DNA from: an uncultured Acidobacteriota bacterium
GTDB lineage: Bacteria; Acidobacteriota; Thermoanaerobaculia; UBA5066
Reading direction: 5' to 3'
Assembly: GCA_963779415.1 (NCBI GenBank)
Contig: CAVZYA010000002.1
Location: 1,344,001 to 1,408,000 of the forward strand
Length of the DNA stretch: 64,000 nucleotides
Part shown: piece by piece, positions 28,681 to 39,145 of the stretch
Layout of the letters: each line of letters opens with the position of its first letter
Numbering within the stretch: the first letter of the stretch is position 1
The notes under the pieces: generated by a model
Database searches by the model: none
Told to the model about the DNA's origin: nothing
Seen by the model: only the letters and a program-made list of their open reading frames with translations
Made by a program: the position numbers and the translations under genes

Positions 28681-29376
28681 CTACAGGGAGAGCTTCGCCC
28701 GCGCCGCGGCGACGACCGTCTCGAGCGCGACATCGAAGCCGAGATCGGGGACGTTGAGAAACAGGTCGTAGCCGGCCGGGTCGTCGATCTCCCTGTGGAA
28801 AGCCTGGCGGATGAAAGCCCGCTGGGCTTCGTCGTTCTCGGCCACGAGACGGCGCGCCTCGTCGAGGGCGACCCCGTGATCGCGCGCGATCTCGGCCACC
28901 CGCGCGTCCGTCGACCCGATCAGCCGGACGCGAAGGCCGCAGGCCGGCGTGAGAAACCATCCCGCGCCGCGGCCGACGAGGACCGCACGCCCCTGCCGGG
29001 CGAGCCGCGCGATGACGCGCATCATCCCGACGAGATAACGGGCCTGTCCGGGGTCCTCGGGGACGATGATGCCGACGAGGTACTCGTCGAACTCCCGGAC
29101 GGCGTGCTCGTCGAGGCGGCTCAGGACCAGTTCGTCGCTGAAGGTCTCCGTCGCGATGGCGGCAAGGATCTCCTTGTCGTACGCGCGCCATCCGAGCTTT
29201 TCGGCAACTTTCGCGGCGAGTTCCGATCCGTGCGAGCCCGCCTGGCGCGAAACGGCGATCCAGGGACCCTCGGCGAGCTTCTCGCCGGCTCCCGCGACCT
29301 CCCGCGACCGGCGGCGAACCTCCGTGAAGAGCCCCTGCCGCGCGGCCATCTCCTCCGTCTTCCGGCTCGAGGTCAT
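28681..29376 (-). CDS. Cytidylate kinase-like family protein
   Basis: IAVSRQAGSHG, LGWRAYDKE, VLVGRGA, DPAGYDLFLN. Confidence 0.85.
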   Translation of the reverse strand: MTSSRKTEEMAARQGLFTEVRRRSREVAGAGEKLAEGPWIAVSRQAGSHGSELAAKVAEKLGWRAYDKEILAAIATETFSDELVLSRLDEHAVREFDEYLVGIIVPEDPGQARYLVGMMRVIARLARQGRAVLVGRGAGWFLTPACGLRVRLIGSTDARVAEIARDHGVALDEARRLVAENDEAQRAFIRQAFHREIDDPAGYDLFLNVPDLGFDVALETVVAAARAKLSL

Positions 29377-29502
29377 GGCGGCCTCCCTCGGCCCGTGTCG
29401 CCCATGCCACCCCGGCGGAGGGCACCGGGACCTGCCGCAAATTTAGTCCCGGTACGGCCGGATGACACCCCCTTCTTTCGGGAAAAGCGGGCGCCATTTG
29501 CA

Positions 29503-30675
29503 TCAGGAGATGAACATGGCATCTCCGTAGCTGAAGAACCGGTAGCCCCGTGCCACGGCTTCACGGTAGGCGGCGAGGACCCGCTCGCGCCCGGCGAAGG
29601 CCGAGACGAGCATCAGGAGCGTCGACCGCGGGAGGTGAAAATTCGTCAGGAGGGCGTCCGCGATGCGAAATGCCGCGCCGGGGACGAGGAAGAGGTCCGT
29701 CTCGAAGGCACCGGGAACGACGCGGCCCCCGTGCGCCCGCGCCGACGCCTCGAGCGTCCGAACGCCCGTCGTCCCGACCGCGACGACGCGCCGGCCTCCC
29801 CCCTTCGCGCGGTTCACGGTTTCCGCGGTCTCGGCCGGGATCAGACCCCTCTCGAAATCCATCCGGTGGTCCTCGACTCTCTCGGACTTCACGGGCTTGA
29901 ACGTCCCGGTCCCGACGTGGAGCGTCACGCGGACGATGGTGACGCCGCGCGTCTCGACCGCCGCGAGCAGCTCCGGCGTGAAATGGAGTCCCGCCGTCGG
30001 CGCCGCGATCGCGCCGGGCTCGCGCGCGTAGACGGTCTGGTAGTCCGCGCGGTCCTCGTCGTCGGCCACGCCGTCCGGGCGATGGATGTAGGGGGGGAGG
30101 GGAGCCGAGCCGAAGAAGGAGAGATCGGAGAGAAGAGAAGACGGTTTGCTCCCGTGTTTGTAAAAACGCAATACGTAAAGGCCCGATTCGGAGCGAATTG
30201 ATTCGCTGTTTTGCTTAGAAGGTAAATGGGCTCCCGGCAAAGCGGCAGGATGTGCTTCTGCGGTGCCTGTCGCGCCGCCTGGTGCCTCCGCTTCGCCGAC
30301 CCACTCACGTTCGAAGAAGATTTTCCTTCCGGCCTTCACCCGCCTCCCGGGCTTCGCGAGACAGCGCCAGAGCTCTGCTTCCTGGAGTTCTCCCATCGAA
30401 GAGATTCCCGGGGCCGGGGTGATCTTCTCGACGAGCAGGAACTCCGTCCGCCGCCCCCTCTCGTCCGTCCCGAAGATCCGCGCGGGGATGACCTTCGTGT
30501 CGTTCAGGACGAGGACGTCGCCGGCGCCGAGGAGTGACGGAAGGTCCGCCATCCGCCGGTGACCGATCGCTCCCGTCCGCCGGTCGAGCGTCATGAGGCG
30601 TGCCGTGCCGCGCGGCAAGGGCCGCTGGGCGATCGCCCCCGCGGGAAGCTCGAAGTCGAAGAGGGAAACGTCCAC
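29503..30675 (-). CDS. queA: S-adenosylmethionine:tRNA ribosyltransferase-isomerase, with internal insertion
   Basis: FDFELP, NDTKVIPAR, PLPPYI, AAPTAGLHF, LTNFHLPRS, YRFFSYGDAM. Confidence 0.96.
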   Translation of the reverse strand: MDVSLFDFELPAGAIAQRPLPRGTARLMTLDRRTGAIGHRRMADLPSLLGAGDVLVLNDTKVIPARIFGTDERGRRTEFLLVEKITPAPGISSMGELQEAELWRCLAKPGRRVKAGRKIFFEREWVGEAEAPGGATGTAEAHPAALPGAHLPSKQNSESIRSESGLYVLRFYKHGSKPSSLLSDLSFFGSAPLPPYIHRPDGVADDEDRADYQTVYAREPGAIAAPTAGLHFTPELLAAVETRGVTIVRVTLHVGTGTFKPVKSERVEDHRMDFERGLIPAETAETVNRAKGGGRRVVAVGTTGVRTLEASARAHGGRVVPGAFETDLFLVPGAAFRIADALLTNFHLPRSTLLMLVSAFAGRERVLAAYREAVARGYRFFSYGDAMFIS

Positions 30676-30704
30676 AGGCGGATTCTGCCCGTTAGACTTC
30701 CGGG
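30676..30704. promoter_or_regulatory. Back-to-back -10 elements for divergent, probably leaderless genes
   Basis: CAGAAT (minus, 30682-30687) 6 nt before queA GTG; TAGACT (30693-30698) 6 nt before ATG 30705. Confidence 0.55.
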
Positions 30705-32276
30705 ATGCCGCGGCGCGCGCGCGCCCTTCTCGCTCTCTACGGGCTCCTGGCCCTTCTGGTGATCCCCGTCTTCCCGCATTTCCTCTCGCCGAACGAGTTC
30801 ACGCGCTGGGCGGCGGCCGCGTCGCTCGCCGAGCGCGGAACGCCGGAGATCTCCGCCGTCCGGCCGCTGCTCGGTCCTTTGTTCGAGGACATTGCCGCGG
30901 TTGACGGCCGTCTTTACTCGAACAAGGCGCCCGGCCTCGCGTTCGTCGCGCTGCCGGGCTACCTCCTCGCGCGGCCGATCGCCGGACCGCCGTCGCGCGA
31001 GGCGATGAGGATCGGTCTCGACGTCATGCGGCTCGCGGGCGCGACGCTCCCGACCCTCCTCCTTGCGGCGGTCGCCGCCCGGATGGCGACGCGGCTCGGC
31101 GCCGACCGGGATCGGGTTCCCGTCGTCGTCTTCGCGCTCCTTTTCGCGACGCCCCTCTTCGCCTACGGGCTCCTCCTCTTCTCCCACGCCCTCGTCGCGG
31201 CGGCGCTCTTCGGGGCCTGGGCCGCGCTCTTCTCTCCCGTCCCGGCGCGAGCCGCGGCCCGGCGCGACGTCGCGGCGGGGGCGCTGCTCGGTCTCTCGGT
31301 CCTCTCGGAGTACCCCGCGGCCCTTCCGGCCGCGGTCCTCGCCCTCGCGGGGACGTGGGGGCGGGGACCGGGGCGCCTCGCACGAATCGCCGCCGGGGGC
31401 ACGCCGTTCGCCCTCGCGCTCCTCGTCTACAACCGGCTCTGCTTCGGCGGCTTCTTCGAGTTCTCGTCGGCCCACGAGGCCGAAAGGTCGTTTCGCGCGC
31501 TCGCGTCGACGGGCCTTTTCGGAATCGGTCTTCCCTCGCCTGCCGCTCTCGGACACCTCGTCGCCGATCCGTCGAAGGGGCTGCTCCTCTTCTCGCCGTT
31601 CGTCGTTCTCGCTCTCCGGGCACTTCCGGCCGCGGCCCGGCGCGTGGGCCGTCCGGGGACCGCGGCTCTCGCGCTCGTGCCGCTTTCGATGCTTTTCCTC
31701 TTCGCGGGCTACCCCAACTGGCACGGCGGCTTCACCGTCGGGCCGAGGTACCTCGTCGGCGCGCTGCCATTTCTCGTCTTCCCGCTCGCGTTCCGGGGCG
31801 GAGGCCGGCTGGAGGCCGCCCTGCTCGGCGCGTCCGCGGGAGCGGTCTCCCTGACGACGCTCGTCTTCCCGTTCGTCCCGGGAGGATTCGCGCTGCCGTG
31901 GGCCTCCTTCGCCCTGCCTCTCCTCTTGCACGGTCTCGTGGCGCCGAATCTCCTCCATCTCGCGCCGGGCGGCCTCGCCGCCGTCGTCCTGCCGTTCGCC
32001 GTCGTCGGAGCCGCGGCGGGCGCCGTCTTCGGGCGGCGGCGCCTTCTTCCCGCCGCCGTCGGCGCGGCGCTCTGGATCGGCGCCGGAATCGCACTCGACT
32101 CTCTCTCTCCGCCCGGACCCCGCGAACGGCTCATCCGGGCGTACGTGGCGGACGTCTACTTCGGCCAGCGCGGAACGCTCGAGCGCGAGATCGCGGCGAC
32201 CGGCGCCGCCCAGCCTCGCCTCCTCGCACGCCGCGAGATCGAGGGGACCCTCGGTCCGACGCCCTGGCCCTTCTAG
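30705..32276 (+). CDS. Multi-pass membrane protein, GT-C glycosyltransferase-like
   Basis: NE..R loop, YSNKAPG, KGLLLFSP, WHGG..GPRYL; many TM segments. Confidence 0.65.
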   Translation: MPRRARALLALYGLLALLVIPVFPHFLSPNEFTRWAAAASLAERGTPEISAVRPLLGPLFEDIAAVDGRLYSNKAPGLAFVALPGYLLARPIAGPPSREAMRIGLDVMRLAGATLPTLLLAAVAARMATRLGADRDRVPVVVFALLFATPLFAYGLLLFSHALVAAALFGAWAALFSPVPARAAARRDVAAGALLGLSVLSEYPAALPAAVLALAGTWGRGPGRLARIAAGGTPFALALLVYNRLCFGGFFEFSSAHEAERSFRALASTGLFGIGLPSPAALGHLVADPSKGLLLFSPFVVLALRALPAAARRVGRPGTAALALVPLSMLFLFAGYPNWHGGFTVGPRYLVGALPFLVFPLAFRGGGRLEAALLGASAGAVSLTTLVFPFVPGGFALPWASFALPLLLHGLVAPNLLHLAPGGLAAVVLPFAVVGAAAGAVFGRRRLLPAAVGAALWIGAGIALDSLSPPGPRERLIRAYVADVYFGQRGTLEREIAATGAAQPRLLARREIEGTLGPTPWPF

Positions 32277-34236
32277 CGCCTCCGAAGGAGGAGAAGGAGG
32301 GTGAGCCCGGAGACGCCCGCGAGCGCCATCCCCGCCCGGAAGGAGTCGGGCCTGTAGTCGAGGACGACGCGGTGCTCGCCACCCGGAACCGGAAGGACCA
32401 TCGGGTCGCCCGGTTCCATGGTGAGCGGCACCGCGACGCCGTCCACGGCGGCTCGCCATCCGGGGAAGTACGGGTTCGCGATGACGAGCCTCCCCGAAGC
32501 CGCGGCCGAAACGCCGAGCGTCCAGCGGGACGGGAGATGTTCGGACACCACGACGCTCCCGTCGGTCCCTTCCAGCCTCACGCGCGGGAGGACACGGCGA
32601 TTCCGGAGGAGCTTTCCGTCCGGCCCCGCGTAGACCTCCTCGAGGTCGAGCCCGAGCCGCTCGTTCAGCGTCGGCGCGCCGAAAGAAAACTGGGGATGAA
32701 GGCAGAGATACTTCACGTTCCAGAAGTCGAGGCCGCTTCCGCCGTGTCCGAGGTCCCAGGGCGCGATGGCGTCGGAGACGGTCGGCGTCGCCCGGAAGCG
32801 TCCCAGCGCGGCCCGCGTCCGCCGCCAGCCCGATGGCGACAGGGCATCGTAGCCGCGGACGTCGTCGAAACCGAGCGTCGTCGCCATGTTCGGCGGGAGA
32901 AACGTGTGAAGCGGGAGGATCCGGAAGACCTCCTTGTCGGCGCGAAGGCGTTCGAGGAGCGGCGTCGTGAGAGCCAGGTCGCTCCGCGGCGTGACGTCCT
33001 GGACGCCTCGCGCCGAGAGGAGGAGCTCGAACGCCGCGAGGGAGGAGAGGGAGGCGGCGAGGACGCGCGCCGGGCGGCCTCTCCCGGCGGCGCGGGCACG
33101 CCCGGCGAGCGCGTCGAGCCCCGCGGCGGCGAGGCATCCGAGCGGGATCGGGAGAAGGAGGAGCGCGCGCGACCAGTAGATCGGCGTCGTCCGGGCAAGG
33201 AGGCGCGCGGCGGCGTTGTCGTATGCGATCAGGAGGATCAGGGCGGCGGAGGCCGCCCAGAAGAGCATTTCGCGCCGGGGCCGTCCCAGAAGGAGCCCGG
33301 CCGGAACCAGGAGGAGGACGGCGAGCGAGACGGCGGCGGCCGTCTCGACGGCGTTCGGCGACGGAGCACCCGGAAACACGAGGCGGACGAGAGCCGAGAG
33401 CGGAAGGACGAACGGGTGGCGGTCGCCGCCGGTGTGCGCGTCGCTCAGGAGGAAATACTCCGTGAACGGAAGCCAGAGAGGCGCCGCAAGGCCCGCCCCG
33501 GCGAGGGCCGCGCCGAACGTCTTCGCGGCCCGGAGCGGCGACGCCGCGAGAAAGAACGTCCACGCGCCGGCGAGGAGCGCCGCCATCAGGGCGGTCTCGG
33601 GGTGGCCGCCCGCGAGGACGACCGCCGTCGAGAGCGCGAGGAGAACGGCGTCACGAGGTGAGGCGCGCCGGGCGAGCCGTCCGGCGAAGAGGAGGACGAA
33701 CGGGAACGGCCCGGCGGTGAGCGTCTGCGGGTGGCCGAGCCAGGAGACGAACGCGCCCGAGAGCGCGTACGCCGCGGCGCCGAGGGCGGCCGCCTCGGGC
33801 GACCGGCCCCGGTCCCTGAGGAACGCCCAGGCGCCCGCAAGGGCGACGAGGAGCCGCAGCAGGAGCGAGAGGTTCCAGCCGCTGGCGACGCCGAGCGCGA
33901 GGGCCGGCCAGAACAGGGGCGAGCCGAGGGCCGACACGCCGTTTCCGAGCAGGGGAACGCCGCCGTCCTGGTGCGGGTTCCAGAGGGGAAGGCGACCGGC
34001 GCGAAGCTCCGACCCGGCGAACTCCGCCCAGGGAGCGAACTGCCAGACGGGATCGGAGAGGCCCGGCGCGCCGAGCGTGCGAGCGGGATAGTAAGGCGCC
34101 CACGGCCAGATCCGGCTTCGAATGCCCTCGGAGAGGAGGACGCCGCGGTACATGCCGAGGGCGAACCAGAGCACGCCGCCGGCGGCGAGGAGCGCGAGAA
34201 AGGCGGGAAGCGCGCGCCGTACGCTCGCGCCGACAT
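32273..34236 (-). CDS. YfhO-family membrane glycosyltransferase (probable frameshift near 34190)
   Basis: GRLPLWNPHQDGGVP, LAGGHPE, YFPGWRA.VDG, GEHRVVLDYRP; main ORF 32273-34174. Confidence 0.8.
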
Positions 34237-34306
34237 CCGGGGGGTCGGGGGCTCGAGAGGAGCGGATTCGATGAGTCTACCGAAGCGCCGGGGAGCGGCC
34301 GCGCGA

Positions 34307-34335
34307 TTGACGCGGCCCCGGCCCCCGTATATGGT
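34307..34335 (+). promoter_or_regulatory. sigma70-type promoter of the pyr operon
   Basis: TTGACG (34307-34312), 17 nt, TATGGT (34330-34335). Confidence 0.6.
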
Positions 34336-34347
34336 GCCGCGCCAGTC

Positions 34348-34995
34348 ATGGGAGACACCCCGGGAACGTACCGGAAAGTCCGACTGATGGACGCGCCGGC
34401 CATGAAGCGCGCCACGATCCGGATGGTGCAGGAGATCGTCGAGTCGCAGGGCGGGACCGAGGGCTTCGTCCTCATCGGCATCCGGACCCGCGGCGTCCCG
34501 CTCGCGCGCCGCCTCGCGGAAGAGCTCGAGCGCCTCGAGAACGCGCGGGTCCCGGTCGGCGTCCTCGACATCACGCTCTACCGCGACGACCTGACGACGA
34601 TCGCCGCCTCGCCCGTCCTCAGGCGGACGGAGATCTCCTTCCCGGTCGAGGGGAAGACCGTTGTCCTCTGCGACGACGTTCTCTACACGGGCCGGACGGT
34701 CCGGGCGGCGATCGACGCCGTCCTCGACTTCGGGCGTCCCCGGAAGATCCTCCTCGCGGTCCTCGTCGACCGCGGCCGCCGCGAGTTCCCGATCGAGGCG
34801 CAGTTCGTGGGCCGGCGCGTCGCGACCTCCGCCTCCGAGATCGTGAACGTGACGTACCGCGAGACGGACGGCGAGGACGACGTCTGGCTCCTCGACCGCG
34901 AGGCCTCTCTCCGCCCCGCGAACGGCCCCCGCAAGCCGCGCGCCGTCCGTCCCTCCCGGCGAGCGGGAACGAAGAAGGGGAAGCGCCGGCCGTGA
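34348..34995 (+). CDS. pyrR: Bifunctional pyr regulator/uracil phosphoribosyltransferase
   Basis: [32 protein letters not shown]. Confidence 0.95.
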   Translation: MGDTPGTYRKVRLMDAPAMKRATIRMVQEIVESQGGTEGFVLIGIRTRGVPLARRLAEELERLENARVPVGVLDITLYRDDLTTIAASPVLRRTEISFPVEGKTVVLCDDVLYTGRTVRAAIDAVLDFGRPRKILLAVLVDRGRREFPIEAQFVGRRVATSASEIVNVTYRETDGEDDVWLLDREASLRPANGPRKPRAVRPSRRAGTKKGKRRP

Positions 34996-35969
34996 GCCGT
35001 CGCCCCGACCCGTCCCCGAGCGCTCCGGCCGACCGTTCCCACGTCTTCTCGAGGAAGGACCTCGTCGACATCGAGTCGATCTCCGAGGACGACATCCGCC
35101 TCGTCCTCGACACGGCCGAGTCGATGCGCGAGATCAACCAACGCGCGATCAAGAAGGTCCCGACGCTTCGCGGAAAGCTCGTCGCGAACCTCTTCTTCGA
35201 GTCGTCGACGCGGACCCGCTTCTCGTTCGAGATCGCCGAGAGGCGCCTCTCGGCCGACTCGATCGCGTTTTCGGCGGCGGGCTCGTCCGTCTCGAAAGGG
35301 GAGACCCTCCTCGACACGGCGAGAAACCTGATGGCGATGGCCCCCGACGCCATCGTCCTGCGCCACTCACGCTCCGGGGCGCCGCACCGGCTCGCGCAGG
35401 AGCTGTCCTGCGCGGTCGTGAACGCCGGGGACGGGACCCACGAGCACCCGACGCAGGCGCTCCTCGACGCCCTGACGATCCGCCGGGCGAAAGGGCGGCT
35501 CGCGGGGCTCAAGGTCGCGATCTGCGGCGACGTCGCGAACAGCCGCGTCGCGCGCTCAAACGTCGGCCTCCTTTCGAAAATGGGGGCGGCCGTGACGCTC
35601 TGCGGGCCCCGCACCCTACTGCCGCCGGAGATCGAGCGGACCGGGGCCTCCGTCACGACGCGGATCGAGGAAGCGCTCGACGGGGCCGACGTCGTCATGA
35701 TCCTCCGCGTCCAAAAGGAGCGAGGGGGCGGCTCCGGGTTCCCTTCCGACCGCGAGTATTACGATCTCTTCGGGCTGACGCCGGACCGGCGCCAGCTCGC
35801 CAGGAAAGATGCCATCGTGATGCACCCGGGACCGATGAACCGAGGCGTCGAGATCGACTCCGCGGTGGCGGACGGGCCCGACTCGGTCATCCTGGAGCAG
35901 GTGGAGAACGGCGTGGCGGTGAGAATGGCCGTGCTCTACCTTCTGATCGGAGCGAGCGGCGATGAGTGA
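34992..35969 (+). CDS. pyrB: Aspartate carbamoyltransferase catalytic subunit
   Basis: [31 protein letters not shown]. Confidence 0.97.
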   Translation: MSRRPDPSPSAPADRSHVFSRKDLVDIESISEDDIRLVLDTAESMREINQRAIKKVPTLRGKLVANLFFESSTRTRFSFEIAERRLSADSIAFSAAGSSVSKGETLLDTARNLMAMAPDAIVLRHSRSGAPHRLAQELSCAVVNAGDGTHEHPTQALLDALTIRRAKGRLAGLKVAICGDVANSRVARSNVGLLSKMGAAVTLCGPRTLLPPEIERTGASVTTRIEEALDGADVVMILRVQKERGGGSGFPSDREYYDLFGLTPDRRQLARKDAIVMHPGPMNRGVEIDSAVADGPDSVILEQVENGVAVRMAVLYLLIGASGDE

Positions 35970-37275
35970 GACGCCCGTCCTGATCCGCGGCGGACGGGTC
36001 GTCGACCCCTCGCGCCGGCTCGACCAGACGCTCGACGTCCTGCTCCGGGACGGCGTGGTCGCGTCCGTCGCCGAGAAGATCTCTCCTCCCAAGGGGGCCG
36101 AGATCGTCGACGCCGCCGGGCTCGTCGTGGCGCCGGGATTCGTCGACCTCCACGTCCATCTCCGCGAGCCGGGCTTCGAGTACAAGGAGACGATCGCGAC
36201 AGGGACGGCGGCCGCGGCCGCGGGCGGCTTCACGGCCGTCTGCGCGATGGCGAACACGGATCCGGTGACGGACGACGCGCCGACCGTGGCGTTCGTCGTC
36301 CGGCGCGCGCGGGAGACGGGGCGCGTCCGCGTCCACCCGATCGGCGCGATCTCGAAGGGGCTGAAGGGCGAAGAGCTGGCCGAGATCGGGTCGATGAAGG
36401 CGGAAGGGATCGTCGCCGTCTCGGACGACGGCAAGGGGGTCCAGAACGCCGGGCTGATGCGCCGGGCGATGGAGTACGCGTCGATGTTCGAGCTCCCGGT
36501 CGTCATCCACGCGGAGGACTCGGGACTCGCCATGGGCGGCGTCGTGAACGAGGGGTGGGTCTCGACGCGCCTCGGCCTCGCCGGACAGCCGGCGGCCGCC
36601 GAGTCCGTGATGGTGGCGAGAGACGTCCAGATCGCGGCGCTCGCGTCGGCGCGGCTCCATGTGGCCCACGTCTCGACGCGGGCCAGCCTCGAGGCGATCC
36701 GGGGGGCGCGCCGGCACGGAACGGACGTCACCTGCGAGGCGACGCCGCACCACCTGACGCTCACGGACGAGGATGTCGCACGGTCCGGCTACGACACCCG
36801 CTTCAAGGTGAACCCGCCGCTTCGCGGCGAGGCCGACCGGCTCGCGCTCGTCGCCGCGCTCGCGGACGGAACGATCGACTGCGTCGCGACGGACCACGCG
36901 CCGCATCATTCCGACGAGAAGGCGCTGGAGTTCGCGGACGCGCCGTTCGGCCTCATCGGCCTCGAGACGGCGCTCCCGGTCCTCGTGGAGTCGCTCCTCC
37001 TGCCGAAGCATCTCTCCCTGATGCGCCTCGTGGAGGTCCTCTCGACGGCGCCGGCCCGCCTCTTCGGACTCCCGTACGGGACGCTCGCCGAAGGGGTCCC
37101 CGGCGACGTCGTTCTCTTCTCCACGACGCGCTCCACGCACGTGACGCCCGACGGGTTTCACTCGAAGGCCCGGAACTCGCCCTGGGTGGCCCGCACCCTG
37201 AGGGGTCGGGTGGAGCGGACCTGGCTGGCGGGGCGGGAAGTCTTCTCGCGGGGGCCCGGGGGGGCGAAGCCGTGA
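35962..37275 (+). CDS. pyrC: Dihydroorotase
   Basis: [37 protein letters not shown]. Confidence 0.96.
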   Translation: MSETPVLIRGGRVVDPSRRLDQTLDVLLRDGVVASVAEKISPPKGAEIVDAAGLVVAPGFVDLHVHLREPGFEYKETIATGTAAAAAGGFTAVCAMANTDPVTDDAPTVAFVVRRARETGRVRVHPIGAISKGLKGEELAEIGSMKAEGIVAVSDDGKGVQNAGLMRRAMEYASMFELPVVIHAEDSGLAMGGVVNEGWVSTRLGLAGQPAAAESVMVARDVQIAALASARLHVAHVSTRASLEAIRGARRHGTDVTCEATPHHLTLTDEDVARSGYDTRFKVNPPLRGEADRLALVAALADGTIDCVATDHAPHHSDEKALEFADAPFGLIGLETALPVLVESLLLPKHLSLMRLVEVLSTAPARLFGLPYGTLAEGVPGDVVLFSTTRSTHVTPDGFHSKARNSPWVARTLRGRVERTWLAGREVFSRGPGGAKP

Positions 37276-37709
37276 AGGAAACGAGGTCGAGGCGTCCCGC
37301 CTCCGGCGTGGCTCTCGCGACGGCGCCGCGCGCCAAGAGGATCGTCCTCGTGGACGAGTCGCCGCTCTATGCCGCGGCGTGGCGCGCGCTGCTCGAGTCG
37401 CGTTACGGCGGCCGGGTGGCGTTCGAGGCGTTCCGGAATCCGCTCGAGGCGCTGCCGACGCTCGGACCGGACGTGAGCCTCCTGATGGTCGACCTCGACC
37501 TGCCGCTCTTCGGCGGCCGGAAAGTCTTCGAGCTGGCGAAGGAACGGGGCGTCCCGATGCGGCGCATCGTGATCCTCTCCGAGCGTCCGGCGGAGGACCT
37601 CCACGCGCTCTTCCCGCAGGACGCCTGCCTCGCGGTCGTGAACAAGATCGAGCCGCAGCAGCAGAGCGCTTTCCTGATGATCCTCGACTCGATCGTTCTC
37701 CGGCATTAG
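37272..37709 (+). CDS. Single-domain response regulator (receiver)
   Basis: IVLVDE, LLMVDLDLP..GG, IVILS, conserved K; GTGA coupled to pyrC. Confidence 0.75.
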   Translation: MKETRSRRPASGVALATAPRAKRIVLVDESPLYAAAWRALLESRYGGRVAFEAFRNPLEALPTLGPDVSLLMVDLDLPLFGGRKVFELAKERGVPMRRIVILSERPAEDLHALFPQDACLAVVNKIEPQQQSAFLMILDSIVLRH

Positions 37710-39034
37710 TCCCCGGCGGGTTCGCTCCCCTCCAGCATCCGCTCGCGGAGGAGATCGTAGATCGGCCGGCCGCCGAGAAGCGACGCCGTGAGGAAGGCGG
37801 CGGCCGAGGCCGCGAGCATCGGAATGAGAAGCGTCGTCGTCGCGGTCATCTCGGCGATCAGGACAATGCCGGTGAGCGGCGCCTGCACGACGGCGGCGAA
37901 GAAGGCCGTCATGCCGACAACGGCCAGCGCCGCGGGAGTCGGTGCGAAAGTCCCGAAAGCCGGGCCGAGTGTGGCGCCCACGAGCGACCCGAGAGCTGCG
38001 CCGACGAGAAGGAGCGGTGCGAAGAGGCCGCCGGGCGTCCCGGCCGAATAGGAGACCGGCCCCAGCGCGAAGCGGACCGCGAAGACGAGCGCGAGCGAAA
38101 GGGTCGGAACGCCGCCGGCGAGGATCCGCTGGTTCAGGAAGTGGCCGTCGCCGACCATCCCGGGTCCGAACCAGGCGAAGAGCCCGACGGCCGCTCCAAC
38201 GAGGGCCGCCCGGAGCTCGACCGGCCAGCGAACGCGTCCGGCATTCCACTCGAGCCCGACCACGACGGCCCGGTTGTAGACCACGGCCAGAGCCCCGAGA
38301 ACCCCGCCGAGGAGAAGGTATGCGGCCAGCTCCCGGGGCGCCGGCTCCGTGAGCGGGGCCACTTTGAAGTCGAGGACGTCCCCGAGAATCGGGCGCGAGA
38401 CGGCGAGCGCGGCCGCGGAGGCGAGCAGCGTGGCGAGCGTGAGCCGCAGGCGGAAGGACCGGACCAGCTCCTCGAAGACGAAGATCGCCCCGCCCAGCGG
38501 CGCGTTGAACGCGACGCCGAGCCCCGCGCCCGCCGCGGCGGCCATCACGACCTTGGCATCTTCCGCCCCCGTCCGAAACCGGCGCGCGACCGCGGTCCCG
38601 ATCGTCGCACCCATCTGGACCGTCGGACCTTCGCGCCCGAGCGCCAGTCCCGATCCGATCGCGACCAGGCCCCCGACGAACTTCACGGGGAGGACGAGAA
38701 GCCCCGCATGGGCGGACTCGCCGCGCATCACCGCTTCGACGTGCTGGATGCCGCTGCCGGCGGCGAGGGGAGCGAGCCGCACGAGGGATCGCGCGACGTC
38801 CACGCCGATTGCCGCCGCGACGAGGGGGATTGCCAGGCCGGCAGGGCCGAAACCGTGCGCCCATTCGATCAGGCCGTCGCGCATCCGCTCTGCCGCTACG
38901 AGTGACAGCCGGAACCAGGACCCGACGAGCCCCATGAGGAGTCCCGCCCCGAGGGCTGCGGCGCAGAGGCGGCCGACGCCCGCCAGGGCCAATCCGTCGG
39001 CGTCGGGTGGCGGAGTGCCGGGTCGTTTCGTCAC
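37706..39034 (-). CDS. clcA: CLC H+/Cl- exchange transporter
   Basis: GSGIQ, LGREGPTVQ, AFNAPL, FEE, GGLFAP, PIY; start uncertain (39034-39094). Confidence 0.92.
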   Translation of the reverse strand: MTKRPGTPPPDADGLALAGVGRLCAAALGAGLLMGLVGSWFRLSLVAAERMRDGLIEWAHGFGPAGLAIPLVAAAIGVDVARSLVRLAPLAAGSGIQHVEAVMRGESAHAGLLVLPVKFVGGLVAIGSGLALGREGPTVQMGATIGTAVARRFRTGAEDAKVVMAAAAGAGLGVAFNAPLGGAIFVFEELVRSFRLRLTLATLLASAAALAVSRPILGDVLDFKVAPLTEPAPRELAAYLLLGGVLGALAVVYNRAVVVGLEWNAGRVRWPVELRAALVGAAVGLFAWFGPGMVGDGHFLNQRILAGGVPTLSLALVFAVRFALGPVSYSAGTPGGLFAPLLLVGAALGSLVGATLGPAFGTFAPTPAALAVVGMTAFFAAVVQAPLTGIVLIAEMTATTTLLIPMLAASAAAFLTASLLGGRPIYDLLRERMLEGSEPAGD

Positions 39035-39145
39035 GGTTTCCAGCCTTCGCCCGGCGCGCCCGCCGGATCCCATGTCACGATGAATTCGCATCATACGTTT
39101 CTGGAGGATCGACGCCGCCGATGGAGTCCATGTAGATTACGGCGC

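Noticed and set aside
29420-29502. Riboswitch (e.g. preQ1) or sigma54 promoter after queA
   Set aside because: Only an 8-bp inverted repeat (ACCGGGAC/GTCCCGGT); no preQ1 consensus, and the TGGC element lacks a correctly spaced TTGC
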